DNA of 64,000 bases. Origin: Macrostomum lignano (taxonomy: Eukaryota). Both the position numbers and the translations under genes were made by a program. Positions 11,771 to 24,944 of this stretch are shown here, one piece after another; positions within the stretch are counted from its first letter, which is position 1; each line of letters opens with the position of its first letter. The notes under the pieces were generated by a model. It ran no database searches. It was not told the DNA's origin and saw only the letters and a list, made by a program, of their open reading frames with translations. Location of the stretch: assembly GCA_002269645.1 (NCBI GenBank), contig NIVC01000939.1, positions 487,216-551,215 of the forward strand. Direction: 5' to 3'.

Positions 11771-12282
11771 ATTCGGAATCATTCTCAGGAATTTATGGAA
11801 TCCTGTATTCTGGACCAGAAGTGAAGTCGGGATGAGGATCTTGGGCTTCGTCCTTGATGTTCATCCAAAAAGATATGATCTCCATAGCACATGTCTGAGC
11901 TTTACGTGTACTAATAATCCATCTAAACTATCAAATTGTATCAATCGCTAACATATTCTGTGTAATTTCCTGTTTAGCAATCGGACCTGTAATCTCAAGT
12001 ATAACAAATCTCAATCGATCCATCGCTGCGAACCTATCAACCTGTATCGAACCTGTTTATATCTAATAGCAAAGAAACCCGCCATAGCTGGCGCCAGATA
12101 TTTGACAGCCATTGTTCTGTAAATCACTGAATTCCCTTCGCATTATTCGGAGTACTCGTAGAAGCTCAGCTCGAAACTCTGACTTGTTAGTTTGTCATTT
12201 AAAGTGCCTAATCTTAAACTTAATCTTAATATTTTCAGACCTCGGTGGCTGATTCAAGCAGCAGGAAGTCTTGTGGGTATAG

Positions 12283-12730
12283 CAGTAGCTTCCCATCAGG
12301 AAGGCTTACAGCAGACTGTAGCTTTTTATCAGGAAGGCTTACAGCAGACTGTAGCTTATCAGGAAGGCTTACAGCAGACTGTAGCTTATCAGGAAGGCTT
12401 ACAGTTAGACTGTAGCTTCCCATCAGGAAGGCTTACGGCAGACTGTAGCTTCCCATCAGGAAGGCTTACGGCAGACTGTAGCTTCCCATCAGGAAGGCTT
12501 ACAGCAGACTGTAGCTTCCCATCAGGAAGGCTTACAGCAGACTGTAGCTTCCCATCAGGAAGGCTTACGGCAGACTGTAGCTTCCCATCAGGAAGGCTTA
12601 CGGCAGACTGTAGCTTCCCATCAGGAAGGCTTACAGCAGACTGTAGCTTCCCATCAGTAAGCCTTACAGCAGACTGTAGCTTCCCATCAGTAAGCCTTAC
12701 AGCAGACTGTAGCTTCCTATCAGGAAGGCT
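12283..12730 (+). repeat. 33-bp minisatellite (CAGACTGTAGCTTCCCATCAGGAAGGCTTACRG)n
   Basis: CATCAGG at 12421 and 12454 (period 33). Early units are shorter. Confidence 0.93.
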
Positions 12731-13559
12731 TGCAGATGTTAAAGTGTGCTTCCGAAAGCAGTGAGACTGCACAAGTGATCTGCGATACCCATGCAATTGT
12801 GCGGACAAATAACTAAAGTACTCAAAGTGAACTCACGCGCATCAAACTGTATATTTGAACAGTTGCAATTGTATTCAGACTGTGAACAGTGCTATAAATT
12901 AGCCATTGCGATCTTTGGTGCTTGCCGCTTGCTGAGGGATGGCATAAATGAATAACTGAACCAGGGAAAATGCACAGGGGAAAGATCCCTGGGATGTCCC
13001 TGGGATACAGGCAGACAAGCTCTAACTATCAGGTCAGAGGCAACTCACTCGAACAAAGAATTTAAATAAAAATGATCAGAAAAACTGAATTTGGATTTGT
13101 CGCGCGCTACATACTACTGTTCTCGCGCTACTCAGTAAGCACTAAAGTCTCTCCAGCCAGAAAGGTTGCGCAGCCCAGCAGGGCGCGCTGATTGCACTCG
13201 CATAAATACAGGCTTGCCATGCTGGAAAAGGGGAAAAACAGCTCGGAGATCGGGGCAGAATTCGGCACGCAGCGTTTCGGCTTTTCTTCAAAACTGACGC
13301 AAATCAATTAAATAGAAATAGTTAATAGTTAAAAATAAACAATTTGGCGCGAACACGTGAATTTGGTGAACTAGGCGGGGCTCTGTGTGACTAGACGGGG
13401 TGTCCGAATCAATCCATCAATCATTCTGGCTCTGCATGCCGGCGGGCTGAGCTGGAGAGTCGCTTGAGCAGTGAGCTCACTGATATCTGCGTCAGCAAAA
13501 CTGGGGATCGGGGAATCAAAGCTGGGGTGCTTCGGACACGAAATCTCCATTCCTGTACG

Positions 13560-13995
13560 GGGATCATATGTCCGGATTGGGATTGGGGATCATATGTCCG
13601 AATTGGGGATTATGTGTCCGGATTTGGGATCATAGTTCCGGATTGGGGATCATAGTTCCGGATTGGGGATTATATTTCTGGATTGGGGATCATAGTTCCG
13701 GATTGGGGATCATAGTTCCGGATTGGGGATCATAGTTCCGGATTGGGGATCATAGTTCCGGATTGGGGATCATAGTTCCGGATTGGGGATCATAGTTCCG
13801 GATTGGGGATCATAGTTCCGGATTGGGGATCATGTGTCCGGATTGTGGATCATGTGTCCGGATTGTGGATCATGTGTCCGGATTGGGGATCATGTGTCCG
13901 GATTGTGGATCATGTGTCCGGATTGTGGATCATGTGTCCGGATTGGGGATCATGTGTCCGGATTGTGGATCATGTGTCCGGATTGTGGATCATGT
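13560..13995 (+). repeat. 20-bp minisatellite (GGATTGGGGATCATAGTTCC -> GGATTGTGGATCATGTGTCC)n
   Basis: About 21 units. The variant type switches along the array. Confidence 0.93.
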
Positions 13996-14794
13996 GTGCA
14001 AACTGGTTCAAGTGTCCTGAATTAAGGATGACCAGATTTCGGGTCAGAGTGGGTCAGATCCCCATGGAAACCAAGCCCACAGAAAGCAGTGCCCCACAGA
14101 GAAAAGTGTAGCCGCCCGCAACCCCAGGCCAGCCCAGTGCCGCATTGGCCAGCCGGAGAGCTCAGATAATCCGCAGCTTATTGCTCTGAGGACAATTATT
14201 AGTTATTAATTCGGGTTGTAAATCACAAGCTACAGGTGAGGAATTTCGCTTACAGGGGACAGAAAATTCTAAATAAGCACACAATAACTGACAATAGGTC
14301 CAGCTTCGCTACCCGAACTCGCAAGTCAGAAATAGAAAAATATAGGATAGAGAAAAAACATTATAAAAAACAGCGAGTCCCTAAATAGTTGAACAGTGCA
14401 AGCACAGGAAGGCACGGCAGATGCTAGCAGGACAGACAGAGTTCACCTGGCCAAAATCAGAGCGGTGCAGCACAACAGTAAGCAGTTAATATGCAGACTG
14501 GGCAGGGCTCACAGCACGGGCTGAATTCAATTGATGGGATCGGCAATCACAGGCCGGCAGATCGGGGGAGTGAAAATTAATGGGATCATTTTCTCAGAAA
14601 AATTCGATCATTTTTAGTCAGACTGAGAATGAAGAAAAACAAAAACTGATTCGTTTAAACAAATACGCGCGAATTCAAAATCGGGTCAACAGGGGAAAGG
14701 CTGGTCACGGAGTCCGACGCAGCGAAGGTCTATCATGGAAGTCGCTTCAGTCATGAAGGCGGAGCACCAGGAGGAGGGGTCAGCGGCCGACGGC

Positions 14795-17700
14795 TCAGTC
14801 CCGCTTGGGTCGTCCGACAGCCGGGACGGCGGACGAGGACGACGAGGAGCGCTGGCGCTGCCTGCCCGCCATGTTGAAGCCCACGGCCTGCTCGGCCGCC
14901 TTCTGCGTCACGGTCACGTACAGCGGGCAACCGATCTGGGGCGGGGGTTGAGAATAGTATGGGATTCAGATTGAGCAGTGCCAATGGTATGGGATTCAGG
15001 TTGAGCAGTGCCAATGGTATGGGATTCAGATTGAGCAGTGCTAATGGTATGGGATTCAGGTTGAGCAGTGCTAATGGTATGGGATTCAGATTGAGCAGTG
15101 CTAATGGTATGGGATTCAGGTTGAGCAGTGCTAATGGTATGGGATTCAGGTTGAGCAGTGCCAATGGTATGGGATTCAGATTGAGCAGTGCTAATGGTAT
15201 GGGATTCAGGTTGAGCAGTGCTAATGGTATGGGATTCAGTTTGAGCAGTGCTAATGGTATGGGATTCAGATTGAGCAGTGCTAATGGGATGGGATTCAGA
15301 TTGAGCAGTGCTAATGGGATGGGATTCAGATTGAGCAGTGCTAATGGTATGGGATTCAGGTTGAGCAGTGCTAATGGTATGGGATTCAGGTTGAGCAGTG
15401 CTAATGGTATGGGATTCAGATTGAGCAGTGCTAATGGGATGGGATTCAGGTTGAGCAGTGCCAATGGGATGGGATTCAGTTTGAGCAGTGCTAATGGTAT
15501 GGGATTCAGATTGAGCAGTGCTAATGGTATGGGATTCAGGTTGAGCAGTGCCAATGGGATGGGATTCAGTTTGAGCAGTGCTAATGGTATGGGATTCAGG
15601 TTGAGCAGTGCTAATGGTATGGGATTCAGATTGAGCAGTGCTCATATTTGGATTGAAATGACGATCAGGCTGCATCAAGGGCGATTGTCGGGAGGCATCA
15701 GGGCGACTGTCCCTCAGTGTTGATGTTGGAGTCAGAAAGCAGTTCCAGCAGTCGGTGAAGTGCAATGTATTTTTCCACTGACAGGTCCAAGTCACACCAA
15801 ACCAACCAAGGTTTACACAAGTTCAACAATCCCAGACGCATCTATAAAGTGCAAAAGATCTAGCAATCTCCCCCACCATGTCCGCCCCGTCTGCTGCCTG
15901 TCAACCTCAGCAGCAGCGGGCAAAACCTGCGCCATCCAGCCCGGCCAGATGCGGCCCAATATTCGACTGCAGCGTCCGCAGCGAGCAGAATTAGCGGGCC
16001 AAAAATATCCCATAGTCCCATAGAAGTAGAGCCTGAGGAAAAGGACACTTGAAAAAAATCAGACAAAAAAGGAAGATCGAGGAGGGCGAGAAAAGCCAGG
16101 AAAGAGAGAGACGGCGAGGCCTGCGCCGAAAATCTGCGCATCTCCCGGGCGCAGCCGAATCTCCTGCCGCATGCGAGCCGGAGCCGCCAGAGACCGAGGC
16201 AGGCAGGACGACCCCCCCCCAGCCAGCCGTGAATGTACGGCCTCATTGAAATTCAGGCCTGCCCCTCCCCTGGGTACAGAATTCAGAATTAGCCATGCAT
16301 TGATGAGGCCGCGCCCAGGAAAGTCTTGCAAAAAAACTGCACAGCCACAGGGGACCCCCGCAGTGCTGTGACAGCCCAGTTCAAAATCCATACCGCACTT
16401 TGACCCCACCTAAGCTAAACCAAGATCTGCATGCTTGTGTTGGCTCAGGGCAAACAGAACAGCAACAATCTCTAGGCATAGCGCCCCTAACAGCTGGACC
16501 TATGCGATTGGCCAATACTACGCTTGATAGCTTTAGGCATTGTACTCTTCTGAAAGCCTATTACCCTCAAATTGCCGCACTGATGACCCAATCCCAGCCG
16601 CAATGACCCCAATCCCAGCCTCACTGACCCCAATCCCAGCCATAATGACCCCAATCCCAGCCGCAATGACCCCAATCCCAGCCTCACTGACCCCAATCCC
16701 AGCCATAATGACCCCAATCCCAGCCTCACTGACCCCAATCCCAGCCTCACTGACCCCAATCCCAGCCGCAATGACCCCAATCCCAGCCTCACTGACCCCA
16801 ATCCCAGCCATAATGACCCCAATCCCAGCCGCAATGACCCCAATCCCAGCCTCACTGACCCCAATCCCAGCCTCACTGACCCAATCCCAGCTACACTGAC
16901 CCCAATCCCAGCTACACTGACCCCAATCCCAGCTACACTGACCCCAATCCCAGCCACACTCACCCCAATCCCAGCAACACTCACCCCAATCCCAGCCACA
17001 CTCACCCCAATCCCAGCCACACTCACTCCAATCCCAGCCACACTCACCCCAATCCCAGCCACACTGACCCCAACTCCAACCACACTGACCCCAACTCCAA
17101 CCACACTGACCACAATCCCAGCTACACTGACCCCGATCCCAGCCTCACTGACCCCAATACCAGCTACACTGACCCCAATCCCAGCTACACTGACCCCAAT
17201 ACCAGCCTCACTGACCCCAATCCCAGCTACACTGACCCCAATCCCAGCCACACTGACCCCAACTCCAAGCACACTGACCCCAACTCCAACCACACTGACC
17301 CCAACTCCAAGCACACTGACCCCAACTCCAAGCACACTGACCCCAATCCCAGCTACACTGACCACAATCCCAGCTACACTGACCCCAATCCCAGCCATAA
17401 TGACCCCAATCCCAGCGACACTGACCCCAACTCCAACCACAGTGACCCCAATCCCAGCCCATGCCAGCGACTCGCACCTTATCCCACAGCAGATTGGCAA
17501 AGGCATCGATATGGTGGCCCAGGTCCAAGTAGTTGCCACTGTGCCTGACGTAGCACCAGGTGATGAGGGCCACGATGAGGACCCACACCATCCAGGTGCA
17601 CAGGTTGGCCAGCGGGTCCAGGCCGATGAAGTCCAAGAAGCCGGCCAGGAAGTAGCAGAGCAGCAGGGCGCTGAACAGCACAGACAGGGTGCGCATGCCA

Positions 17701-19485
17701 ACGTACACGTTCTTGGACTGGTTGTGCGCCCTGTACATCTCGAAGGCCTCGTCGCAGTCCAGGCTGAGCTGCTCCTCGTACTGGGCGCTGAACTCCGGGC
17801 CGCCCATCTTGCGCAGCTTGCGGAACCAGACCAGGCTGTCATCTACGCAGCGCCTGTGCTCGTCCAGCAGCTTGTCCGGCGCCACGTAGGGCCGCTCGCC
17901 GCCGCAAACTTCCTCCATAAGGCCCGTGTACACCGTGCGGGAGGCGGCCACGGCGGCCAGGTTGTTGGCCTCCGCGGTGGCCATCAGCATCGTCTTCGGC
18001 TGCGGCAGGTCGTCGCCCTGAATTTGTGTTTGGGTGAAATCAGTGCGGGGCTGCTGCTGGACCAGATGCCTAATGTACGAGTACTTTGCTGGAGGGGGGG
18101 GGGGCTTGTCTAGCAGAAGGACGATGGAGAAAGGTGTTTGTCTGCCGCATAGTGATGATGGAGAAGGGTGTCTGTCTACCACATAGTGATGATGGAGAAG
18201 GGTGTTTGTCTGCCGCATAGTGATGATAGAGAAGGGTGTCTGTCTGCCACATGGATGATGGAGAAGGGAGTCTGTATGCCACATGGATCATGTAGAAGGG
18301 TGTCTGTCTGCCGCATAGTTATGATGGAGAAGGGTGTCACAGCAAACCTAGGCTGCCAGAAAGGGGTGCTCAGCTTCGAAATGTGAACACAAACACAAGT
18401 GTGACGAGGTCCGCAGGCCCGCATACCTGGTAGATGGGCATGTAGGCCTTAAAGTAGTGAAGCAGCTCCTGGCAGGTGACGTCGGCCCCGTTAATTCGCT
18501 TCACTACCAGGTTGGCGGGGGCCAGCAGGCGGGGCACCAGCAGGCGCAGCTGAGCCACGAACTGCGGATGGATGGCAGACAGCCGGCCGTCGAAGGTCGG
18601 GTCGGTGGCGACGTCCAGGCCGGGATGCGGCAACAGGAAGCAGCTGATGTCATCGAAGCACTGGCGAATGTGCCGGCGCAGCTGCTGCAGCTCGTGGTGC
18701 TGCTTGTCGTTGATGAGCAGTCGCTTCTCCAGCAGGGCGCGACCGCCCTCCTCACCGAAGCCGTGCTCGTACGGGTAGCTCCAGTCGCGCACGAGAAACA
18801 GCAGGTGCTGGAAGGGCGCCCCGGCGCTCTCAAGGCTCTCCTGGGCCAGCTTGCCGTACTCGGTGAACAGCTGCAGGTGCTGCAGGTCGTCCTCCTGGAT
18901 GTTGGTGCTCAGGTTGTAGATCTGCACGCTGCTCAACATGGTGCTCAGAGCGAACACGGTGGCGCAGTCCCGCACAGTCGATTGGCTGTCAAAAGCGCCC
19001 TGGGTGTCCATGAGCAGCACGGCTACCTTCTCCCCGCCGGCCAGGGTGACCAGGAACGGCTCCGACCACAGCAGGATGCCGGTGGTGTCCCGCTCGGAGC
19101 CGCCGCGCCAGGAGAAGCCGCGCAGTGGCTGACTGCTGGACCCCAGCCAGTCCTCGGTGCCGCAGCTGCCCGCCAGGCCGCCGCCGTCCGTGTCAGAAAT
19201 GCAGGCAAGGTAGCGCAGGAAATAATTGAGCAGGAACGACTTGCCCTTGCGAAATGCACCGGCCACGCTGACTACGGCGACCCGGTGGTCCCGGATTCGA
19301 TCGTTGAGCAGCAGTTGCTCAAGTGCGGGCAGGTCGAGGTCGAACTTGCCTTTGCCGTCCTCCCCATAGGTGGCGGTCACGATTTGAATTGGTCGGGGCA
19401 CGGCGGCCGGGCCATCCATGGCAGCCAGCTGCTGCTGCTTGTGATGGTCGTGAGAGACTGGGTGCTCATTTGCCTCGCTAGACAT
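14795..19485 (-). CDS. ATL: Atlastin (ER-fusion dynamin-like GTPase), 3 coding exons, 579 aa
   Basis: Exons 19485-18427, 18017-17478 and 14935-14795 (stop TGA); phase-0 GT..AG introns; 1740 nt. Motifs: P-loop [42 protein letters not shown], helical bundle [21 protein letters not shown], a two-segment hydrophobic hairpin, and a tail LWDK|[20 protein letters not shown]. Confidence 0.95.
14957..15645 (-). repeat. 30-bp minisatellite (plus strand GGGATTCAGRTTGAGCAGTGCTAATGGTAT)n at the acceptor end of atlastin intron 2
   Basis: About 23 units ending roughly 20 nt before the acceptor at 14936. Confidence 0.95.
16584..17460 (-). repeat. 21-bp minisatellite (plus strand CCCCAATCCCAGCYACACTGA)n at the donor end of atlastin intron 2
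   Basis: About 41 units starting roughly 17 nt after the donor at 17477. Sense-strand units carry GGG runs and GTCAGT. Confidence 0.95.
18118..18340 (-). repeat. 34-bp minisatellite in atlastin intron 1
   Basis: ATGGAG at 18124 and 18158 (period 34); about 6 units. Confidence 0.9.
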
Positions 19486-19559
19486 TGTTGCAGAGTCTGC
19501 TTTTTTGATAGCTGTGCTGAGTGACAACTCGAGTTTGTTGGCGCTGACGCTGCGGCAAG

Positions 19560-20295
19560 CAGCAGTTTGAGATGGTGGGGAGGGGGCTGATACTGCAGTT
19601 TGAGATAATATGAGGGCTGATACTGCAGTTTGAGATGATATGAGGGCTGTTACTGCAGTTTGAGAAGATATGAGGGCTGATACTGCAGTTTGAGATGATA
19701 TGAGGGCTGATACTGCAGTTTGAGATGATATGAGGGCTGATACTGCAGTTTGAGATGATATGAGGGCTGATACTGCAGTTTGAGATGATATGAGGGCTGG
19801 TGCTCCTAGTTTGAGATGATATGAGGGCTGATACTGCAGTTTGAGATGATATGAGGGCTGATACTGCAGTTTGAGATGATATGAGGGCTGATACTGCAGT
19901 TTGAGATGATATGAGGGCTGATACTGCAGTTTGAGATGATATGAGGGCTGATACTGCAGTTTGAGATGATATGAGGGCTGATACTGCAGTTTGAGATGAT
20001 ATGAGGGCTGATACTGCAGTTTGAGATGATATGAGGGCTGGTGCTCATAGTTTGAGATGATATGAGGGCTGATACTGCAGTTTGAGATGATATGAGGGCT
20101 GATACTGCAGTTTGAGATGATATGAGGGCTGGTGCTCCTAGTTTGAGATGATATGAGGGCTGATACTGCAGTTTGAGATAATATGAGGGCTGATACTGCA
20201 GTTTGAGATGATATGAGGGCTGATACTGCAGTTTGAGATAATATGAGGGCTGATACTGCAGTTTGAGATGATATGAGGGCTGGTGCTTCCAGTTT
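19560..20295 (-). repeat. 30-bp minisatellite (plus strand ATACTGCAGTTTGAGATGATATGAGGGCTG)n upstream of the atlastin ATG
   Basis: About 24 units. On the sense strand the array ends next to an acceptor-like CTTGCCGCAG about 65 nt before the ATG. Confidence 0.95.
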
Positions 20296-21969
20296 AAGAT
20301 GACAAAAGAGCTGCAGTACAATATAAATTGTAGCAGATCAAGGATAAGTTGCAAAACTATCAAATTTTTTACAATTTTCTCCATTTTTAAAAACATTTTT
20401 TGACAGAATTAGATGTCAAATTGAAGTTATTTGTTATTTTTTGGGCAAGTCATAAACCAAAGTTGCTTGTTCTAGTTTCTAGCTAATGTAATTTTAAAGG
20501 CTGCATATATATAATTAGCTTTATATTTATATTAATATAATTTTATATTCAAATTAATATAATTTAACTATAACCTTATTGTTGTGCTAAAGTAAGAAAT
20601 AAAAGTTCAACTTAATCCCTAATTTGGCTAGGATTTATAATTTAATTAAGCTTATACTAATAAAACAAATCAGATAATTTATTATGTTTGTCTTTGATTA
20701 TAATAAAAAATAAGACAAAAGGCTAAGCTAATAACATAATGCATAATATTATTATAAATAATAAGAAAATATAGTTTACAAATAAATAATTTGGCCTTGC
20801 AATATACCAAAAACTAGATTATAATATAGTTAAACAACTATTTACAAAATTTTCAAGTTTTAAATCTATTATATTATAAATATTTTGGACTTTCATTTTT
20901 GTTAGAATTTAGGGGTTGCTTTTATCTAAGAGTATATATATATATATATTTATTTACTTTCTATAAAAATGTACTTATTTTTTCTTCAATGTACATAAGC
21001 CATCCTATCTTTGCTTAACCCACTATACATTAAATAATAATAACTAAAAAGGTGTAATTTTGGTTAGTATATTTTTTTCTACTTTTTGTGTTTGTTTGCC
21101 TATGTGAGATTGCACAAGTGCTGAAGGCAAAATTCTATCCAATTTTGCTAGCTTCACTAATTTTTTATTACTAAGAAATTGTCTAATATAGAAACTAGTA
21201 TCTAAAGCATGGGTAAAACATATAAAAAGACAATTTAAAAAACCAAGTCAAACTAGAGCACTCTGAATTTGTATATAAGGTGGCTCTAGATTGGCTAGGC
21301 CTAGTGAATATAAACTGGTACTAATGTTGGAAGATCTAGACTATTTTTTGCCTAATAGTAATATGACAAAAAGCATACCTCAGTTAAGTTGAAAAAGCTG
21401 GCTGATCTAATCTAATGGACATAATGGTTATCAATCTAATAAATCTAATAGAGATAGGCCTAGATTGTAAAGTTAAATTAGATAGCAATGGATTGCTTCA
21501 TCTGCATGTGCAAAATAAATTACCAATTAATAGTTTAACACCTTGGTATAGTACTACCAATAGATTAGGGAAAATAATAGCAATGACATACCCAGTATTC
21601 TTTTTCAATAGCCATTATAATAGGCTAAGTATGATATAATTGCTATAGAATTAGTGCATAGAATTATAATAGAATAAACCAAGAACAAGGATAGAGCAAA
21701 ATAAAGTAAAAAAGTTAAGTAAAATGCAGCCCATGAAGATGGAGACAACTTGAATGCAACAAATACATTTAAACAATAATTGCAATAGATAACAAAATGG
21801 TCAGGCCAAATGATTATATTAGGCCTAGACCTAATCAATAGGAACCTATTTAACATTTAAAATAAAAAATGTTTTAGGCATTTTAAGAGGAGAGCCTGAA
21901 GTGAGAGGCTATTTAATAAAATTGCATTTTTTTAATTTTAAATTTAATTGCTTTCAGGCTATCTTATTA

Positions 21970-22576
21970 GGCAGTGCTTATTCCCACGGTACCGTAGAAA
22001 TAATTTCTGTCCTATTCCAACGGTACCGTGGGGATAATTTTCTGCTTATCCGCACGGCACACTGACAAGATAGCTGCCCCATCTTCTACATATGCCGTGG
22101 GGATAATTTAGTTTAGTACTTACGGTTTAAGTGCAGTATAACAACATAACTTTGCTTGGCCATTAGTTTTATAGAAGTAAAGATTTAATTGCCTTTTTAT
22201 GCAAAAAAACACTTTTTTTATTTATGACGTATGATTTAAAGTAAATTGCTCTAGTAATTGTTTATAATTTGAATTTTTAGCAAAATATAATCCCGAGATT
22301 GATCCGCCGAAAAGTGCATTGCCGCTTCTGTTGTAGACTTCTACTAGACATGTAAATTAGCAATTTGTTTGTATAGATTATTGCATTGCTTCAACAATTC
22401 GCCCTATCTCGTCAGTGTGCCGTGCGGATAAGCAGAAAATTATTCCCACGGCATATGTAGAAGATGGGGCAGCTATCTCGTCAGTGTGCCATGCGGATAA
22501 GCAGAAAATTATTCCCACGGTACCGTTGGAATAAGACAGAAATTATTCCTACGGTACCGTGGGGATAAGCACTGCC
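21970..22576. mobile_element. Non-autonomous Mutator-like (MULE) MITE, 607 bp, long TIRs, 9-bp TSD
   Basis: The left end GGCAGTGCTTATTCCCACGGTACCGTAG... is the near-perfect reverse complement of the right end ...CTACGGTACCGTGGGGATAAGCACTGCC over about 140 bp. Flanked by ATCTTATTA at 21961-21969 and 22577-22585. Long TIRs beginning with G plus a 9-bp TSD are typical of MULEs. Confidence 0.88.
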
Positions 22577-23380
22577 ATCTTATTAATTGCATTGGCTATT
22601 ATCATTGATCTTTTAGTTTTAAATGCCAGACCTATTGGCTGACAAATAAGCTAATGACCAAATAAGCTAGAAAAATTAATTTGTAGTAGGCCTACCTAAA
22701 ATGGCATAACTAAAACTAGACTAGGCCTAGATAAAAAATATTTTAATATCTTTATAGGCCTAAGATAGGGCCTACAGCCTAGATTTGCTTTTGTCCCTTT
22801 GATAAATAGGCCTAGTAAGCGGTAGGCCCAATTATTGTTAATAATGACAATATTATTGATACTATAGGCAGAGGCCTAGCATAAAATGTCATAAAATATT
22901 TGTAAATTGTAGTTAGGCCTAAACTTCAATGAATTAGTTCATAAGAAGTCAGAACAGAAGACTGTTGTATAAATTATAAGAAGACTATTATCTGCATTTT
23001 CAATAATTATAAATCAATTGAAATGCTTTGCGAGTAGCGCTTAAGCTTAACTCTTAAACTTACGTAACTAATATAGATAGAAGACTAAGAGCTAAGTATA
23101 ATTGTTAAAACATAAAATTTATTCCCAATTATTCTGCGTAGACGAACTCTGCTGAAAAATTCAAACAGTAAATTAATATTCACCAATAGTTTTTGCCTAG
23201 AAATGTTTAAAGAACTTAACCTATTTTTTGAAATCCATAGGATAACTGTTAAAGCACAGTTACTATATATTTTATTATTAAGACTTTGTTTAAATCAACT
23301 GTATAAATTTACAATCTTTATATCGGCCGGCCAACTCCGTGAGAGACTTCAACTTCAGCATCTACATGTACAAATCAGCT

Positions 23381-23789
23381 CAGGCGCGTCGCCATCGGGG
23401 GTACAGGGTCACAGGGGAGACATGCATGCAGTCCCCCAGTAAAAGCTATGGGGGGACATTGCCAATGCTAGTTGTCCCCCGTACCCTGTGACTCGTGTTA
23501 ATCAATAATTTTTCTTCAGGGCGCCAAAATATATAGCGCCTTCGGCGCTAAAATAAGTGCGGCGCTAATATGGGTGCCTGCGGCGCTAAAAGGAATGCCT
23601 ACGCGCCGAAATGAGTGCCTGCGGCGCTATAATTGAGTGCCTGCGGCGCTAAAAGGAAATGCCTACGGCGCCAAAATGAGCGCTGACAACACGATTCTCA
23701 AAATAATGGAATTGTAGGAATTTAGTAATGTATGTACATGTTAAACATTGGCCTTGTCCCCCCACCATAAAATCCATGGCGACGCCCTG
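23381..23789. mobile_element. Non-autonomous hAT-type MITE, 409 bp, 8-bp TSD
   Basis: TIRs CAGGCGCGTCGCCAT and ATGGCGACGCCCTG (one indel). Flanked by AATCAGCT at 23373-23380 and 23790-23797. Internal repeats of GCGGCGCTAAAA. Confidence 0.85.
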
Positions 23790-24564
23790 AATCAGCTTCT
23801 CGGCAGATGGTACTTGATGGCTTCGAGACCGGACGGATGCTGCATGCCGACACACGGACCGGTTTCTGGCTGGTGTTCAAGCCAAGTTCAACGGCGGCAA
23901 AATTACATATGGTAATCTTGTACGTGGATGCAGCATGCCCAGTTTGACCTGTTCCACCGAGCCTGTGCCACCGCCTGCACGGGGTCGCCCCGGTTGGTTT
24001 TGGAGGCCGACAATCCTTCTTTATATGCCTCTTGCAACTTCCAGGACCCCAGAGGAGTCTGAACTATACGCTGCTGGATTTTGATAGTGAATTGTCTGTA
24101 CAGGAATCAATTCTTGGTGTTTAAGGTCGTTTGGTTCATCTGCTTGCCTGGCCTTATTTAAGCGATTAGGCTTGGACAGCAAAGCACGTGATAACTTTCG
24201 CTCGACGTGACACTTTAGTGCGAAGAACAGTCAAGTTTTTTGATAGGTACGTAGACCCAGAAATTAGATTAATACCGAGTGTGGCTTATGCATACATGCT
24301 CTTTTCAGCGGTCTCCGAGCTTGTGTTTGATTTTGTCGAATTATCATTCCACAAAACTTAACCAAAGCAAATATCGGATAATTGATAGACCAAAGCTTTA
24401 TGCACTGCCCCTCCCCCGGCTTGACCTCATGTCGGAGTGTGCAGCGGCTGCTATTGAGCCAAAAACATTTTTAAGACGTTGAATTTTCTGAAAACACTTT
24501 GCCTGATTGTCTGTATATATCTTTTATAACTACCCTGTACTCTATAGTACACGTTCCCTCAGCG

Positions 24565-24705
24565 TGTACAGTGGCCCTGACTCTCTAATCGTGAGGCATG
24601 TACACACCCGGTGCTTTATTGAGGGTTGGCCCTCAAGTGTGAGAATCGCACGACAACCCGCTGGCCAATTTTCGTGTACAAAGCCCAAATTCATGTGGCT
24701 GGAAG
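24565..24705 (-). mobile_element. Diverged partial copy of the SINE at 35086-35445
   Basis: GTGTACAGTGGCCCT...AGGCATGTACAC...GGGTTGGCCCTCAAG...AGCCCAAATTCATGTGGCTG is colinear with 35241-35375. Confidence 0.65.
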
Positions 24706-24944
24706 CATACACGTACACTCAGCATCATGGAAAAGTGCAGACCACGCCAACCCCAATCATGCTGAAAAACTGACTGGAGAGACTGAGAAGTGACCAACTG
24801 GGCCTCCAGATTACGCAACTTGCGCCACAGGACGGTAGAAACTGAAGCAAGGAGGGAAGGGAGAGCTAGACTTTTGCCTCGTGAGCATTGTGTTAAGCTC
24901 CGACTCAAATATTTCTGTCTCATGCACTCGCGATGGTGGCCGCC

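Noticed and set aside
23800-24100. Possible degenerate gag zinc knuckle on the minus strand (CRRWHRLGGTGQTGHAA)
   Set aside because: The CX2CX4HX4C spacing is not met and there are no neighbouring pol motifs. Too weak to call.
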